From: Candidatus Heimdallarchaeum aukensis
GTDB taxonomy: Archaea > Asgardarchaeota > Heimdallarchaeia > Heimdallarchaeales > Heimdallarchaeaceae
Length of the DNA stretch: 64,000 nucleotides
Direction: 5' to 3'
Assembly (NCBI GenBank): GCA_021513695.1
Contig: CP084166.1
Coordinates: 192,001 to 256,000 of the forward strand
Shown: positions 21,458-31,170 of the stretch, piece after piece
How the letters are laid out: every line of letters starts with the position of its first letter
Numbering within the stretch: the stretch's first letter is position 1
The notes under the pieces: model-generated
The model's database searches: none
What the model was told of the DNA's origin: nothing
The model's input: the letters and a program-made list of their open reading frames with translations, nothing else
Translations under genes and position numbers: made by a program

Positions 21458-21531
21458 TTTCTTTTATCTTTTTTAAACTAGTTTTTTAATTAGTAATATT
21501 TTTAACTAATGAATGTTCTATAAGGCTGAAA

Positions 21532-23337
21532 ATGGTTAAACAAGAAATCATTCCTCCAGAAGATAAAATTGACTCATGGGTTTATCGCCGAAAAATAGGT
21601 GAATATTCCAGTTTAAAAGAATTAGCAAGAAGAATTACTCAAGAAGAAAATATTCCTTTATTAGACTTAACACTTTTTCCAGATGTTTCTTATAATGAGA
21701 TAGAAGGAAAGCCAATAAGCGAAAAAAGCATACCTTATTTGTTAAACAAAGTTATGATTCAGAAGCCTACTGATAATCCAAATGATCATTTATTTGTTCT
21801 AGCTATGGATTATGGATATTTAGGAAAGAATATTACAAAAAAAATAGTTTCCATAAATAAAAAATATCCTTCACAAAGTAAACCTAAAGGAAAAGTAATT
21901 TTTTCTCTTTACAACGAAAATAAAATAAAAATTGCAGAAGTACCTTTTTTGCACTCTTCAAGTTTTCAAGGTCATCCTGTCTCTTCAGCTCCTCAAATAT
22001 TCTTGTGTTTCCTACCAAATTTAGAGGAGAATCAGAAATTTTATTATCAGATAATAGGTTATTCTAATGGAAATACAATAATTTGTGGATCTAAATTATT
22101 ATCGTTTAAGAATTATAGAAATAGCTCTTCTGAACCTTTTTTCTTTGTTGCAGCTTCAGATTTACATGCAGGCGCAGGAGCAAGATTCAAAAGAGGAAGA
22201 GTATGGGGGCTCTTTCCTCGAAATAATAAACATTTAATGAAGTTAATGAATAACATCGCAGAAAATGAAAGTACATACAGTTTTGATCATGGATATAATG
22301 CTTTTATGACTTCAGGAGATAATATAGATAATGGTTCTTATCACGAATATTGGGAAGATTTTTTAGACTGTAGTTCAATAGTATTATCTAAAATTCCTAT
22401 TTATCCTACAATAGGGAATCATGATTATTTGTTTGGAGGAATTTTTAGAGGAACATATCTCTCTTCTTGGAAAAAAACCCAAAAAAGTTTTCACGCTCTT
22501 TTCCATGTTCCACGAACTAGTCCTAAAGGTGCATTCTACGCTCATTCAAATGGAAACGTGAAATTCATCCACCTAGACTCAATGGGGTTGAATTGGGGAA
22601 ATGAGTCAATATATTGTGGAAGTAGACAATATGAATGGGTAAAATATCAGCTTAAAGAATGGAGGAGAAATCAGAAAAAGAATGAAGAAGAACCCGATTT
22701 CTGTGTAGTTTTTCTACATTCTGCTATTCTCACAATAGGTTTCTTTGGAAGAACGCAAGGAAAATCATCTGATGCTCTAGCAAATAAAAGCTTAATACCC
22801 TTGTTCAACACCTACGACGTTAATCTAGCAGTTTTTGGACATGATCATATGTACCAAAGATCAGAAGTAGACAAAACTTCATATTGCTGTATAGGATTGT
22901 CAGGGAAGACTCCCATAAATTATTTTGATTTCTTAAGGAATGTAGTAGGATATAAAATTCACAGAGATGAAGAAGGAGAAATAGCAAGGGGTTATGCAGT
23001 AATTTATGTGCCACCAAAAGTAAAAAATCAAACTGAAGAACAAAAAAGAGAGTTTGACAATTTTCTAGAGAGTGTTAGAAAAAAAGCAATGGAAAATATA
23101 GAACTTTATTATTACTTTAGTAAAAAAGAAAAAAGAAAAAACAAAGAACTATTTACTGATAAAGATAAATTAAGTGAGTTTGTTAAGAATAAAATAATAG
23201 CTAAACTAAAAGATCATCTGTGGTGGAGATTCTATAACTTAAAAGGAGAACTAGTGGATAGCTGCTTTATTCAAAAAACAACTGGAAATTATGATGACAT
23301 TGAAAAAATACAATGTCCGGGAGAGCACATAAGATAG
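21532..23337 (+). CDS. Calcineurin-like metallophosphoesterase (purple-acid-phosphatase-like)
   Basis: The motifs GDNIDNG, GNHDY, VFLHSA and GHDHMYQR are present. The product is 601 aa. Confidence 0.65.
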   Translation: MVKQEIIPPEDKIDSWVYRRKIGEYSSLKELARRITQEENIPLLDLTLFPDVSYNEIEGKPISEKSIPYLLNKVMIQKPTDNPNDHLFVLAMDYGYLGKNITKKIVSINKKYPSQSKPKGKVIFSLYNENKIKIAEVPFLHSSSFQGHPVSSAPQIFLCFLPNLEENQKFYYQIIGYSNGNTIICGSKLLSFKNYRNSSSEPFFFVAASDLHAGAGARFKRGRVWGLFPRNNKHLMKLMNNIAENESTYSFDHGYNAFMTSGDNIDNGSYHEYWEDFLDCSSIVLSKIPIYPTIGNHDYLFGGIFRGTYLSSWKKTQKSFHALFHVPRTSPKGAFYAHSNGNVKFIHLDSMGLNWGNESIYCGSRQYEWVKYQLKEWRRNQKKNEEEPDFCVVFLHSAILTIGFFGRTQGKSSDALANKSLIPLFNTYDVNLAVFGHDHMYQRSEVDKTSYCCIGLSGKTPINYFDFLRNVVGYKIHRDEEGEIARGYAVIYVPPKVKNQTEEQKREFDNFLESVRKKAMENIELYYYFSKKEKRKNKELFTDKDKLSEFVKNKIIAKLKDHLWWRFYNLKGELVDSCFIQKTTGNYDDIEKIQCPGEHIR

Positions 23338-23393
23338 CATTAAGTCTTCTATAAAAAAAGAAAAAAGGAAAAAAGAAAAAGGTTGCTTAGAAA

Positions 23394-24818
23394 TTATTTA
23401 GCAGGTTTTAGTGAAGCACCACATTTTATGCAAAATGAACTGTCTCCTGGGTTCTTAGCCTCACAGAAAGGACAGATAATTTCTTTATCTTTTGCTGGAG
23501 AACTTACAGAAAGAATCTCGTCAAACTCTGATGAACTTTTATTAACCGATAGAGGTTGATGGGTTGGAAAAGTCGCTTTTCTCGTAGAATATTCATGTTT
23601 AACCTTTTTAGCTTGTTCTGATTTTTGTATTCCAGGAATGAAAACAATGTCATTTTTCACATCATAAGCTATATTTGCAAGTCCTAAATTAATTATCTTC
23701 CAGATGTCTTGATGCACAACTTTGTATGGGGAGTTAAGTATTTTTGTTAGATCTCGAATATATATTGCTCCGTAACCTTGAACTATCTGGATAAGTTTTT
23801 CTCTCCTGTTCCTTGAATTATACATTACAATTGCAGTAATGATAGCTAGTATAATTGGCATTGCAAAAATGTTCCAAAAAGTAGCTGTAAAGCAACCAAT
23901 CAAGAAGAAGAATACTGACAGTAATATAAGAACTCTTTCGGTAATATCTGTTTGGTCATATTGATAATGTAATTTATTTATGAATTTGTTTTTGCTAACG
24001 TAAGTTTTTGGTGATTTAGCAACAATAAAGTTCTCAGAGATATTTGCTAATGCAGGTATGTACCTTGTTTTTCTATCAACTGCTTCAGTTATAGTAGATG
24101 GAGTTACTCTTGCTGAAGGCTTTGTTTTGTCGTTTGAACTAGATATATCTTTTTCTGCTCTAGAAACTGGTGCGCTAGAGGGTTTACTAGTCTCTTTTTC
24201 ACTGTGTTTACTGGGCCTTGAATAATAGTAACTTTCTCGTCTAGCACTTCTATCATAGCCCTTTCGTTCATCATATTTCGAAGCTCCTCCTGTAATTGGT
24301 ACTATAAATATATTCTTGATTAGGTATCCAATTGTGTGTAGAAACAACAATAACAAGAAGAAACCATCTATTACCCCGAAAATGAATGCTGAAATAACAA
24401 AAGCTCTTGGTATACTTACCATAATATAATATATAGAAATTGTAAAGTCATTTTCATTGACTAAGTATATTGCAGCATCATTATTATCATTTCCGAATAT
24501 TATTTCGCTATGTTTCTTATTTTTTACAGCATCATATTGATCAATATTTGAATATATGTCTTCAATATAATTCTCTATATGATATGTTGTTACTTTTACA
24601 TCTTCACCTGCATTTACATAATATTGAATGAAGTGGTAATATGAACTGTCTAATTCTAGAATTGTGTAATTGCCAGGATCAAGTGTAATTGTAGTCTCAT
24701 TATAATTTGTGTTTAATCCTCCAATCGTTACTACAATTCCAAGAGGTATTGTAGCGATTGCAATGAATACGATGGATGTTACTGCTAATCCGTTCAAATA
24801 TTTTGCGTGATTACCCAT
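23394..24818 (-). CDS. Membrane protein with Ser-rich linker and C-terminal zinc ribbon; hypothetical
   Basis: It has an N-terminal TM, several internal TMs and an S-rich segment. It ends CPFCEAKNPGDSSFCIKCGASL. Confidence 0.4.
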   Translation of the reverse strand: MGNHAKYLNGLAVTSIVFIAIATIPLGIVVTIGGLNTNYNETTITLDPGNYTILELDSSYYHFIQYYVNAGEDVKVTTYHIENYIEDIYSNIDQYDAVKNKKHSEIIFGNDNNDAAIYLVNENDFTISIYYIMVSIPRAFVISAFIFGVIDGFFLLLLFLHTIGYLIKNIFIVPITGGASKYDERKGYDRSARRESYYYSRPSKHSEKETSKPSSAPVSRAEKDISSSNDKTKPSARVTPSTITEAVDRKTRYIPALANISENFIVAKSPKTYVSKNKFINKLHYQYDQTDITERVLILLSVFFFLIGCFTATFWNIFAMPIILAIITAIVMYNSRNRREKLIQIVQGYGAIYIRDLTKILNSPYKVVHQDIWKIINLGLANIAYDVKNDIVFIPGIQKSEQAKKVKHEYSTRKATFPTHQPLSVNKSSSEFDEILSVSSPAKDKEIICPFCEAKNPGDSSFCIKCGASLKPAK

Positions 24819-24837
24819 TTTTCATCACTTTCTACTT

Positions 24838-24918
24838 TTTACTACTGTGGTAGTAGTTTCTACCTATTTATAAATGTATCTATTTATTTCTAAATTTTTA
24901 CTACTCAAGTAGTAATAT
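24838..24918. promoter_or_regulatory. Divergent promoter region with two palindromes sharing the half-site TACTACT/AGTAGTA (candidate TrmB operator)
   Basis: ACTACT-gtggt-AGTAGT lies at 24841-24857. TTACTACT-ca-AGTAGTAA lies at 24898-24915, just upstream of the TrmB-like gene. A TATA-like tttataaat sits between them. Confidence 0.4.
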
Positions 24919-24950
24919 TTATATACAATCAAGTGTGAAAAAACATGTAA

Positions 24951-25895
24951 GTGAGAAAATTGTCAAAGAGAGAGCAGTTGGAAAAGAATATAAGAAGATT
25001 ACAACAACTGGGATTTTCACAATACAGTGCTAAAGCTTACTTAGCTTTGGTTAGATTAGGAAAAGGAACTGCCTCTGAAATTGCTAAGAAGGCAGAGATT
25101 CCTCAAGCAAAAATATATGGTGTACTAGATGATTTATATGAGCGAGGATTTATAAGCAAAATAGAAGATGTTACCCCTGCATCGTTCATAGTAGAAAAAC
25201 CAAAAGAGCAATTCTTAAAGTTCTTAGAGAATTTTACAGAGCTAGCAGACTACCTGAATGAGATATACAACAGCGCTGGAGCAGAAAGTAAGTATGGTTT
25301 TGTGACTAAAGGTAACTTTACAGGAAAGCTACAAGCAACAGACTTTTTTTATATTTTTGATATGAGCGATAATTTATTCAAAAAATTCTTTGAGAGAAAA
25401 ATTCACAATTATTTCAAAGTTGGAGGGCCTTCAAACTCATTGATTGCAATTGGAGAAAAATACACAATTCTGCTAATTGAAAAAGATCATGGAATACAAT
25501 ATATTAAAATTGAAGATCAGATTTTTTCAAGGATGATAGATACATTATTAGCTTTATCGCCGTCTAATAGGCATATTACAGAAGAGATGTACGAAATAAG
25601 TATGGGAGAACCTATCTTATACATTGATTCAGTTTTAACTTCTTCAGGATATGTTTTTGGTCAATATGGCACAATATGGCTCTCTCCTGAAAGATTTTTT
25701 ATAAAAATTCCTGGAAAGGATGTTTACGCTCGTCCTCTCTCTTCTCTAGCAAGCTATGTTCTTACTGAAGATGACTCAATAGAACTTAATGTAGCAAGAT
25801 TAGATGGTGAGAGGGAGTTAAGTGAGATATTTACATTATCAGATCCTACAATTATTTTGAATTTGATAGATTTCATAAAAAATAAAAGAAAATAG
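24951..25895 (+). CDS. TrmB-family transcriptional regulator
   Basis: The N-terminal wHTH reads LGFSQYSAKAYLALVRLGKGTASEIAKKAEIPQAKIYGVLDDLYERGFISK. A long C-terminal effector domain follows. Confidence 0.7.
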   Translation: MRKLSKREQLEKNIRRLQQLGFSQYSAKAYLALVRLGKGTASEIAKKAEIPQAKIYGVLDDLYERGFISKIEDVTPASFIVEKPKEQFLKFLENFTELADYLNEIYNSAGAESKYGFVTKGNFTGKLQATDFFYIFDMSDNLFKKFFERKIHNYFKVGGPSNSLIAIGEKYTILLIEKDHGIQYIKIEDQIFSRMIDTLLALSPSNRHITEEMYEISMGEPILYIDSVLTSSGYVFGQYGTIWLSPERFFIKIPGKDVYARPLSSLASYVLTEDDSIELNVARLDGERELSEIFTLSDPTIILNLIDFIKNKRK

Positions 25896-25930
25896 TTAAA
25901 TTTCGTATTCGAAGCTACTTTATAAAAAAA

Positions 25931-26926
25931 TCACTTTTTTCTTTTTTCTTTATTATTATTAATGTAGTCCCGTTCTGAATCTTTAATCATATCTTCTAAT
26001 GACATCATTGGCTTATATCCAATTTTCATTATCTTTTCATTTGAAAGTGTCCAACATTTACCTATCATCTGTGCATATTCACGATTAAATAGTGGTTCTC
26101 TATGTGGTTTGATTATTCGAGACATAAACTCAAAAATCATTGCACCAAACAACAATAAAGGATATGGTAACATGAATTTAAATCGCTGTTTATTAAAAGC
26201 AATTAATTCTATCTTTTTTATAAGTTCTTCAAATTCAGCGTCATAGCTTGAAACATTATATACTTCTATTTTGTTATTACTATGTTCTGTAATTGTAAGG
26301 ATAGCTCTAGCGACATCATAGGCATGAATAGTACCGATTTTGTGATTTCTTTTCCCCATAATAGGAAAAAGATTTCTTTTTATTAGCTTTCTTGCAAAAA
26401 CATAAAAATGTCTGCTTCCTTTGCCAAGAACCAAAGGTATTCTGATAATAGCTCCTTTAATACCTGCTTCCTCACATAATTGTTGAACATATTTTTCTGC
26501 CTTTACTTTCGATTTAGCATAATAACCAATAGGATTAAGGGGACTGTCTTCTGTAATTGGACATTCTTTAAAAATCCCATAAACTGCCGCACTACTGGAA
26601 AAGAAAAACCTCTTTACTTGATTCCTTTTGGCAGCTTCAATCAGATTAATAGTCCCTTGAACATTTACTTTTTCATAAAGATCTTTGTGTTCATTGTTTA
26701 CAGCGGCAGCAAAATGGTAAATGTCTGTGATTCCCGTCTTTTTAATTAAGACATCTAAACTTTCATAATCTGTTAAATCACATATTAGATATGTAACTCC
26801 TTTGATCAAGTTTTCTATTGGTCTTCTGACTAACCCAAATAACTCGTAGTCTGTATTTTTACTAAGATATTCTAACACTCCTTGGCCTATACATCCGGAA
26901 GCTCCAGTAACTAATACCTTTATCAT
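25931..26926 (-). CDS. NAD-dependent epimerase/dehydratase (extended SDR)
   Basis: VLVTGASGCIGQGV is the glycine-rich NAD motif. YAKSK is the YxxxK catalytic motif. Confidence 0.75.
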   Translation of the reverse strand: MIKVLVTGASGCIGQGVLEYLSKNTDYELFGLVRRPIENLIKGVTYLICDLTDYESLDVLIKKTGITDIYHFAAAVNNEHKDLYEKVNVQGTINLIEAAKRNQVKRFFFSSSAAVYGIFKECPITEDSPLNPIGYYAKSKVKAEKYVQQLCEEAGIKGAIIRIPLVLGKGSRHFYVFARKLIKRNLFPIMGKRNHKIGTIHAYDVARAILTITEHSNNKIEVYNVSSYDAEFEELIKKIELIAFNKQRFKFMLPYPLLLFGAMIFEFMSRIIKPHREPLFNREYAQMIGKCWTLSNEKIMKIGYKPMMSLEDMIKDSERDYINNNKEKRKK

Positions 26927-27158
26927 TCAGTCCTTTCTTTTTTCACCTATTTTTATAACTATTGCTAGTGGAAAATTAACTTTTTTTATATCGCTTTTAA
27001 TTATACTTAAGTAAGGATTCTAAATACTTCCAAAAAACTTCTTTTTCAATTACATTTAGTTAAAATTTTTCATACAAATTTTCATTTCAAATTTAATGGA
27101 ATTCAAAACTAGATGTGTAAAAAACTCGCACTACAAAAGGTAAGGCGAAAGTTTTTAT

Positions 27159-28229
27159 ATGTGTTGTGTCTCACACATTAAAATGAAGACCTATAAATTA
27201 ATGAAAGAAGATTTTCCACAATTTCTAAGTCTTCTGCAAGAAAAAGGGAATCTTTATGGTCCAGTAAAGTCAAAAAATCATTATTCTTTCGAAAAGATTG
27301 ATGATTTGTCTAAGTTGACTTTTGACTACACAAGGACGCTAATGGGATTAAAAAAATTTGTAACTCCTCCCAAGTATAAAGTAAAACATTTTGATAAATC
27401 AGGCTCAGAGGATGTAATTCCTGAAGATGAAACAAATATAGTAATTGGTGCTCATCCTTGTGATATCCATGCGATGAAAATTCTTGATAAGCTATTTCTA
27501 GGACAGATCAAAGACCCATATTATAAAAAAAGGAGAGAAAATTTGGTGATTGTTGGACACTCATGTTTGCCAGATGAGAACTGCCTTTGCACTTCGACAG
27601 GTACAGATATGGTGTCGGATGGATTTGATTTGTTCTTAACGGAACTACAAGATTTCTATTTAGTGTGGGTAGGTTCTAGTAAAGGTTTATTTATTATCAT
27701 GTCTTCAGAAGATTTGTTTAATGATAAAATAGAAATGTGTGACATTGCAGAATATACAAGTTGGCAAGAAAACAGACAAAATTCATTCAAGACGACTATT
27801 CCATTTCATTTAATGCCTGATATAGTCCATCTAATATATGAAGAAGATGAATTATGGGATCAATTTGGAGAAAAATGTTTAAGCTGTGGTACTTGCAGTC
27901 TTGTATGTCCAACATGTAATTGTTTCAATGTTGAAGATAAGATACTTATTCATGCCGATGAAGTAGTTAGAGAAAGAATGCTAGACAGTTGTACCCTACC
28001 CTACTACTCTGTAGTAGCAGGAGATCATGATTTTAGGCCTGACAGAACTAAGAGGTTGAAACTCTATTACACTCATAAATTAAAAGAATATATAGGAAAA
28101 TGGGGTCAACCAGCTTGTGTTGGTTGTGGACGATGTGTCACTTATTGTCCTGTTGGTATAAATGTTAAAACAGTTTCAAATGCTTTTTACGAAGCGATTC
28201 AATGTGTTCGGGAGGTAAAGAAAATATGA
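27159..28229 (+). CDS. hydB: Sulfhydrogenase/[NiFe] hydrogenase group 3b beta subunit (FeS). The true start is probably the ATG at 27183.
   Basis: Ferredoxin-like cysteine clusters are present (CLSCGTCSLVCPTCNC and CVGCGRCVTYCP). Its position is first in the hydBGDA order. Confidence 0.75.
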   Translation: MCCVSHIKMKTYKLMKEDFPQFLSLLQEKGNLYGPVKSKNHYSFEKIDDLSKLTFDYTRTLMGLKKFVTPPKYKVKHFDKSGSEDVIPEDETNIVIGAHPCDIHAMKILDKLFLGQIKDPYYKKRRENLVIVGHSCLPDENCLCTSTGTDMVSDGFDLFLTELQDFYLVWVGSSKGLFIIMSSEDLFNDKIEMCDIAEYTSWQENRQNSFKTTIPFHLMPDIVHLIYEEDELWDQFGEKCLSCGTCSLVCPTCNCFNVEDKILIHADEVVRERMLDSCTLPYYSVVAGDHDFRPDRTKRLKLYYTHKLKEYIGKWGQPACVGCGRCVTYCPVGINVKTVSNAFYEAIQCVREVKKI

Positions 28230-29086
28230 TATCAGATAGAACTAAATTAGAAAATCCATATGAAGACCATTTGGCTACAATCATTGATTATCGCGATTTA
28301 ACAAGCGATACAAGATATTATAAGTTGAAATTTGTAGAACCAGAAGTACAAGAACACACTGGTGATTACAAACCAGGTCAGTTTGCGATGTTCTCCATTC
28401 CTGGTGTTGGAGAAGCTCCATTCTCTATATCTTCAACTCCGACAAGACCAGCTTTTCTAGAGTTTGGAATTAGAAAAGTGGGTTCATTTACTGATGCTTT
28501 ATTCAAGAAAAAAGAAGGAGATACTGTTTATATCCGTGGTCCTTATGGAAATGGATTTGACATGAAAAGCATGGAGGGAAAAGATATAGTTATAGTAAGT
28601 GGAGGATTAGGTGCAGTTCCATTAAGATCTGTTTTACTTTATCTAGAAGATAAAAGAGAATTATATAATAATGTATTCTTCCTAAATGGAGCTAGAACAC
28701 CTGAAGATATGCTTTTTAAAGAAGACTTCTTAGCTATGCATGCAAGAGAAATAATTGAAACACATTTAACAGTAGATAAAGATCCTACTGGAGAATGGAA
28801 ACACAATGTAGGTGTTGTAACTACACTATTCGAAAAAATTAACGGTCGAGTGGATAAAGATAATGCATATGCCTTAATCTGTGGGCCCCCAGTAATGTAT
28901 AAATTCGTTATAAAAGAATTGCTAAAAATGGAATTTTCAAAGAAAAATATACTAATGACACTAGAAAGAAGAATGAAGTGTGGTCAAGGACACTGTGGAC
29001 ATTGTGCTATTCACGGTGTTTATACTTGCTTAGATGGACCAGTGTTTAACTACTGGGATTATGAACGTATGGTGGAGTTGATTTAA
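28226..29086 (+). CDS. hydG: Sulfhydrogenase gamma subunit (FAD/NAD(P)-binding oxidoreductase with 2Fe-2S C-terminal cysteines)
   Basis: The start overlaps the hydB stop as ATGA. RBS GGAGGT is at 28211. GGLGAVPL suggests an FNR-like fold. The C-terminal cysteines are CGQGHCGHC. Confidence 0.75.
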   Translation: MISDRTKLENPYEDHLATIIDYRDLTSDTRYYKLKFVEPEVQEHTGDYKPGQFAMFSIPGVGEAPFSISSTPTRPAFLEFGIRKVGSFTDALFKKKEGDTVYIRGPYGNGFDMKSMEGKDIVIVSGGLGAVPLRSVLLYLEDKRELYNNVFFLNGARTPEDMLFKEDFLAMHAREIIETHLTVDKDPTGEWKHNVGVVTTLFEKINGRVDKDNAYALICGPPVMYKFVIKELLKMEFSKKNILMTLERRMKCGQGHCGHCAIHGVYTCLDGPVFNYWDYERMVELI

Positions 29087-29087
29087 G

Positions 29088-29879
29088 ATGTGGACAAGTG
29101 AGCATAAACCTATTGTTGGTGTTTTTGGTTTCAGTGGTTGTGCTGGAGATCAGTTGCGATTAATTCATATGGAGGATGAACTTGTTAGTTTATTTACCAC
29201 AGCAGAGATTAAATTCTTTCATATGGCTCAATCTCATCAAGAAGTTGAGCATGTTGACATTGCTCTAGTTGAAGGTAGTATAAATACCAAAAAGCAACTT
29301 GAAGAACTGAAAGAGATACGTGAAAAATCTACTTTTCTAGTTGCATTAGGTACTTGTGCTTGTTTTGGCGGTATTCAATATTTGAACGAGAAAGATGAAG
29401 CTTTTGAAGAGCGATTTAGACATGTATACGGTTCAAATATCAAGAAAAAAGAATTTATAGTCGGAGAAGCTATCCCTCCTCAACCTTTATGCAACTTTGT
29501 AAAAGTCGATGCCATGGTTCCAGGATGTCCAATAGAAAAAGATAATCTTTTACCTATATACACTAAATTGATAAAAGGTATTAGACCTCAAAAATATCCT
29601 GCTCCCGTTTGCGTTGAATGTAAATTGGAAGGTAATGATTGTCTTCTTCTTCACGGTATTCCTTGTATAGGACCTGTGGTCTCTGCAGGTTGTGGAGCTA
29701 TATGCCCTAGTCATAATCTCCCATGTGTAGGTTGTTGGGGTCCTTATGAAGCAGCGAACTATAAATCAATGATTGACAAGCTCGAAGAGATAGGTGTAGA
29801 TAAAGAAACAGCGTTACGCAAGATCAAGTTATTTGGCGGAAGTAAGGCAGAAGAAGAATTGGAAAAGGTGATAAAATGA
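29088..29879 (+). CDS. hydD: [NiFe] hydrogenase small (delta) subunit
   Basis: GFSGCAGDQ and GTCACFGG are cluster motifs, followed by C-rich segments. It overlaps hydA by 4 nt. Confidence 0.75.
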   Translation: MWTSEHKPIVGVFGFSGCAGDQLRLIHMEDELVSLFTTAEIKFFHMAQSHQEVEHVDIALVEGSINTKKQLEELKEIREKSTFLVALGTCACFGGIQYLNEKDEAFEERFRHVYGSNIKKKEFIVGEAIPPQPLCNFVKVDAMVPGCPIEKDNLLPIYTKLIKGIRPQKYPAPVCVECKLEGNDCLLLHGIPCIGPVVSAGCGAICPSHNLPCVGCWGPYEAANYKSMIDKLEEIGVDKETALRKIKLFGGSKAEEELEKVIK

Positions 29880-31159
29880 GTAAGGATATTAATGTAAAAG
29901 TTCTCTCTCGTGTTGAGGGCGATGGAGGAATAAAAGTATATGTGAAGAACAATAAAGTGGAACAAGTGCTAGTTGATATTTTTGAAGGACCACGAATGAT
30001 CGAAGCTTTAGTAAGAGGAAAAACTTTTCAGGAAAACGTTTCTCTCGTATCAAGGATTTGTGCAATTTGTACAGTTTCACATCGTTATGCTTCAATCAAA
30101 GCAATAGAGAAAGCTCTGAAGGTTGAAGTTCCTGAGAAGATACAATTGTTAAGAAAACTTCTACATTTAGCTGAATATATAGAATCTCATATTTTACATG
30201 TTTACTTCTTAGCCCTTCCTGATTTCTTTAGGAAACCTAGTGCTATCGCTTTACTTCCTACACATAAAGAAACTGTTGTAGAAGCAATAACATTGAAGAA
30301 GTACGGAACAGAATTAATGAAATTGTTAATGGGGAGAAAGATTCATGGAGAAAATCCACAAGTAGGCGGTTTTGGAAGAATACCAACTAATAAAGAACTA
30401 GATGAATTTGCTGAAAAAGCAAAAGAATATATTCCTCAACTTGCTGCATTTATCGATGTGTTAGCTTCACTTGAAATACCAGATTATTGCGAGAGAGAAA
30501 CAACATTTATGTGTTGTAATCCTCCAAACAATGAATTTGGATTTGAAGGAGACACTATTCTTATTTCTACTGGAGAGGAATATCCTGTTGAAGAATACAA
30601 GAAACTAACAAATGAGCGAGTTGTTCCTCATTCATATGCTAAAAGATCAAGATACAAAGATAAACCATTCACCGTTGGAGCACTAGCAAGACTTATTTTA
30701 ATTGGTGATAGACTAACAGGATTAGCTAAAGAAAAATTTGAGAATTACTATAATGAAAAATGGAAAGTTAATCCATTATACAATAACTTAGCTCAAGCAA
30801 TAGAAGCTCTCTGGTCATTTGAACAGATTCCAGAACTAGTAGAAAAAATAAAGTCTCTTCCTGACTCAGAAATCGTTGAAGTGAAAAACCTTAACGGAAA
30901 AGCAACTGCAGCTGTTGAAGCTCCTAGAGGTATACTCTATCACACCTATGAAATTAAGGATGGAAAGATGGTCAGCGCTGACATTATTACACCAACTGCT
31001 CAATTCCTTGATGATGTTGAAGAGTACATTAGAGTTGCAGCAGAGAAGCTAATTGCCGAGAAAAACGAAGAAACCGAGTTACATTTAGAAATGATTGCTA
31101 GAGCTTATGATCCTTGTATCTCTTGCAGTTGCCACATGGTAAAACTAATTGAAGAATAA
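29876..31159 (+). CDS. hydA: [NiFe] hydrogenase large (alpha) subunit
   Basis: The N-terminal Ni-binding motif is RICAICTVSH (RxCxxCxxxH). The C-terminal motif is DPCISCSCH (DPCxxCxxH). Confidence 0.9.
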   Translation: MSKDINVKVLSRVEGDGGIKVYVKNNKVEQVLVDIFEGPRMIEALVRGKTFQENVSLVSRICAICTVSHRYASIKAIEKALKVEVPEKIQLLRKLLHLAEYIESHILHVYFLALPDFFRKPSAIALLPTHKETVVEAITLKKYGTELMKLLMGRKIHGENPQVGGFGRIPTNKELDEFAEKAKEYIPQLAAFIDVLASLEIPDYCERETTFMCCNPPNNEFGFEGDTILISTGEEYPVEEYKKLTNERVVPHSYAKRSRYKDKPFTVGALARLILIGDRLTGLAKEKFENYYNEKWKVNPLYNNLAQAIEALWSFEQIPELVEKIKSLPDSEIVEVKNLNGKATAAVEAPRGILYHTYEIKDGKMVSADIITPTAQFLDDVEEYIRVAAEKLIAEKNEETELHLEMIARAYDPCISCSCHMVKLIEE

Positions 31160-31170
31160 AAGTGTGGTAA

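Noticed and set aside
27159-27182. Annotated hydB start MCCVSHIK
   Set aside because: The ATG at 27183 (MKTYKLM…) is more plausible. The upstream codons coincide with a palindrome, so I treat them as leader rather than coding. This remains uncertain.
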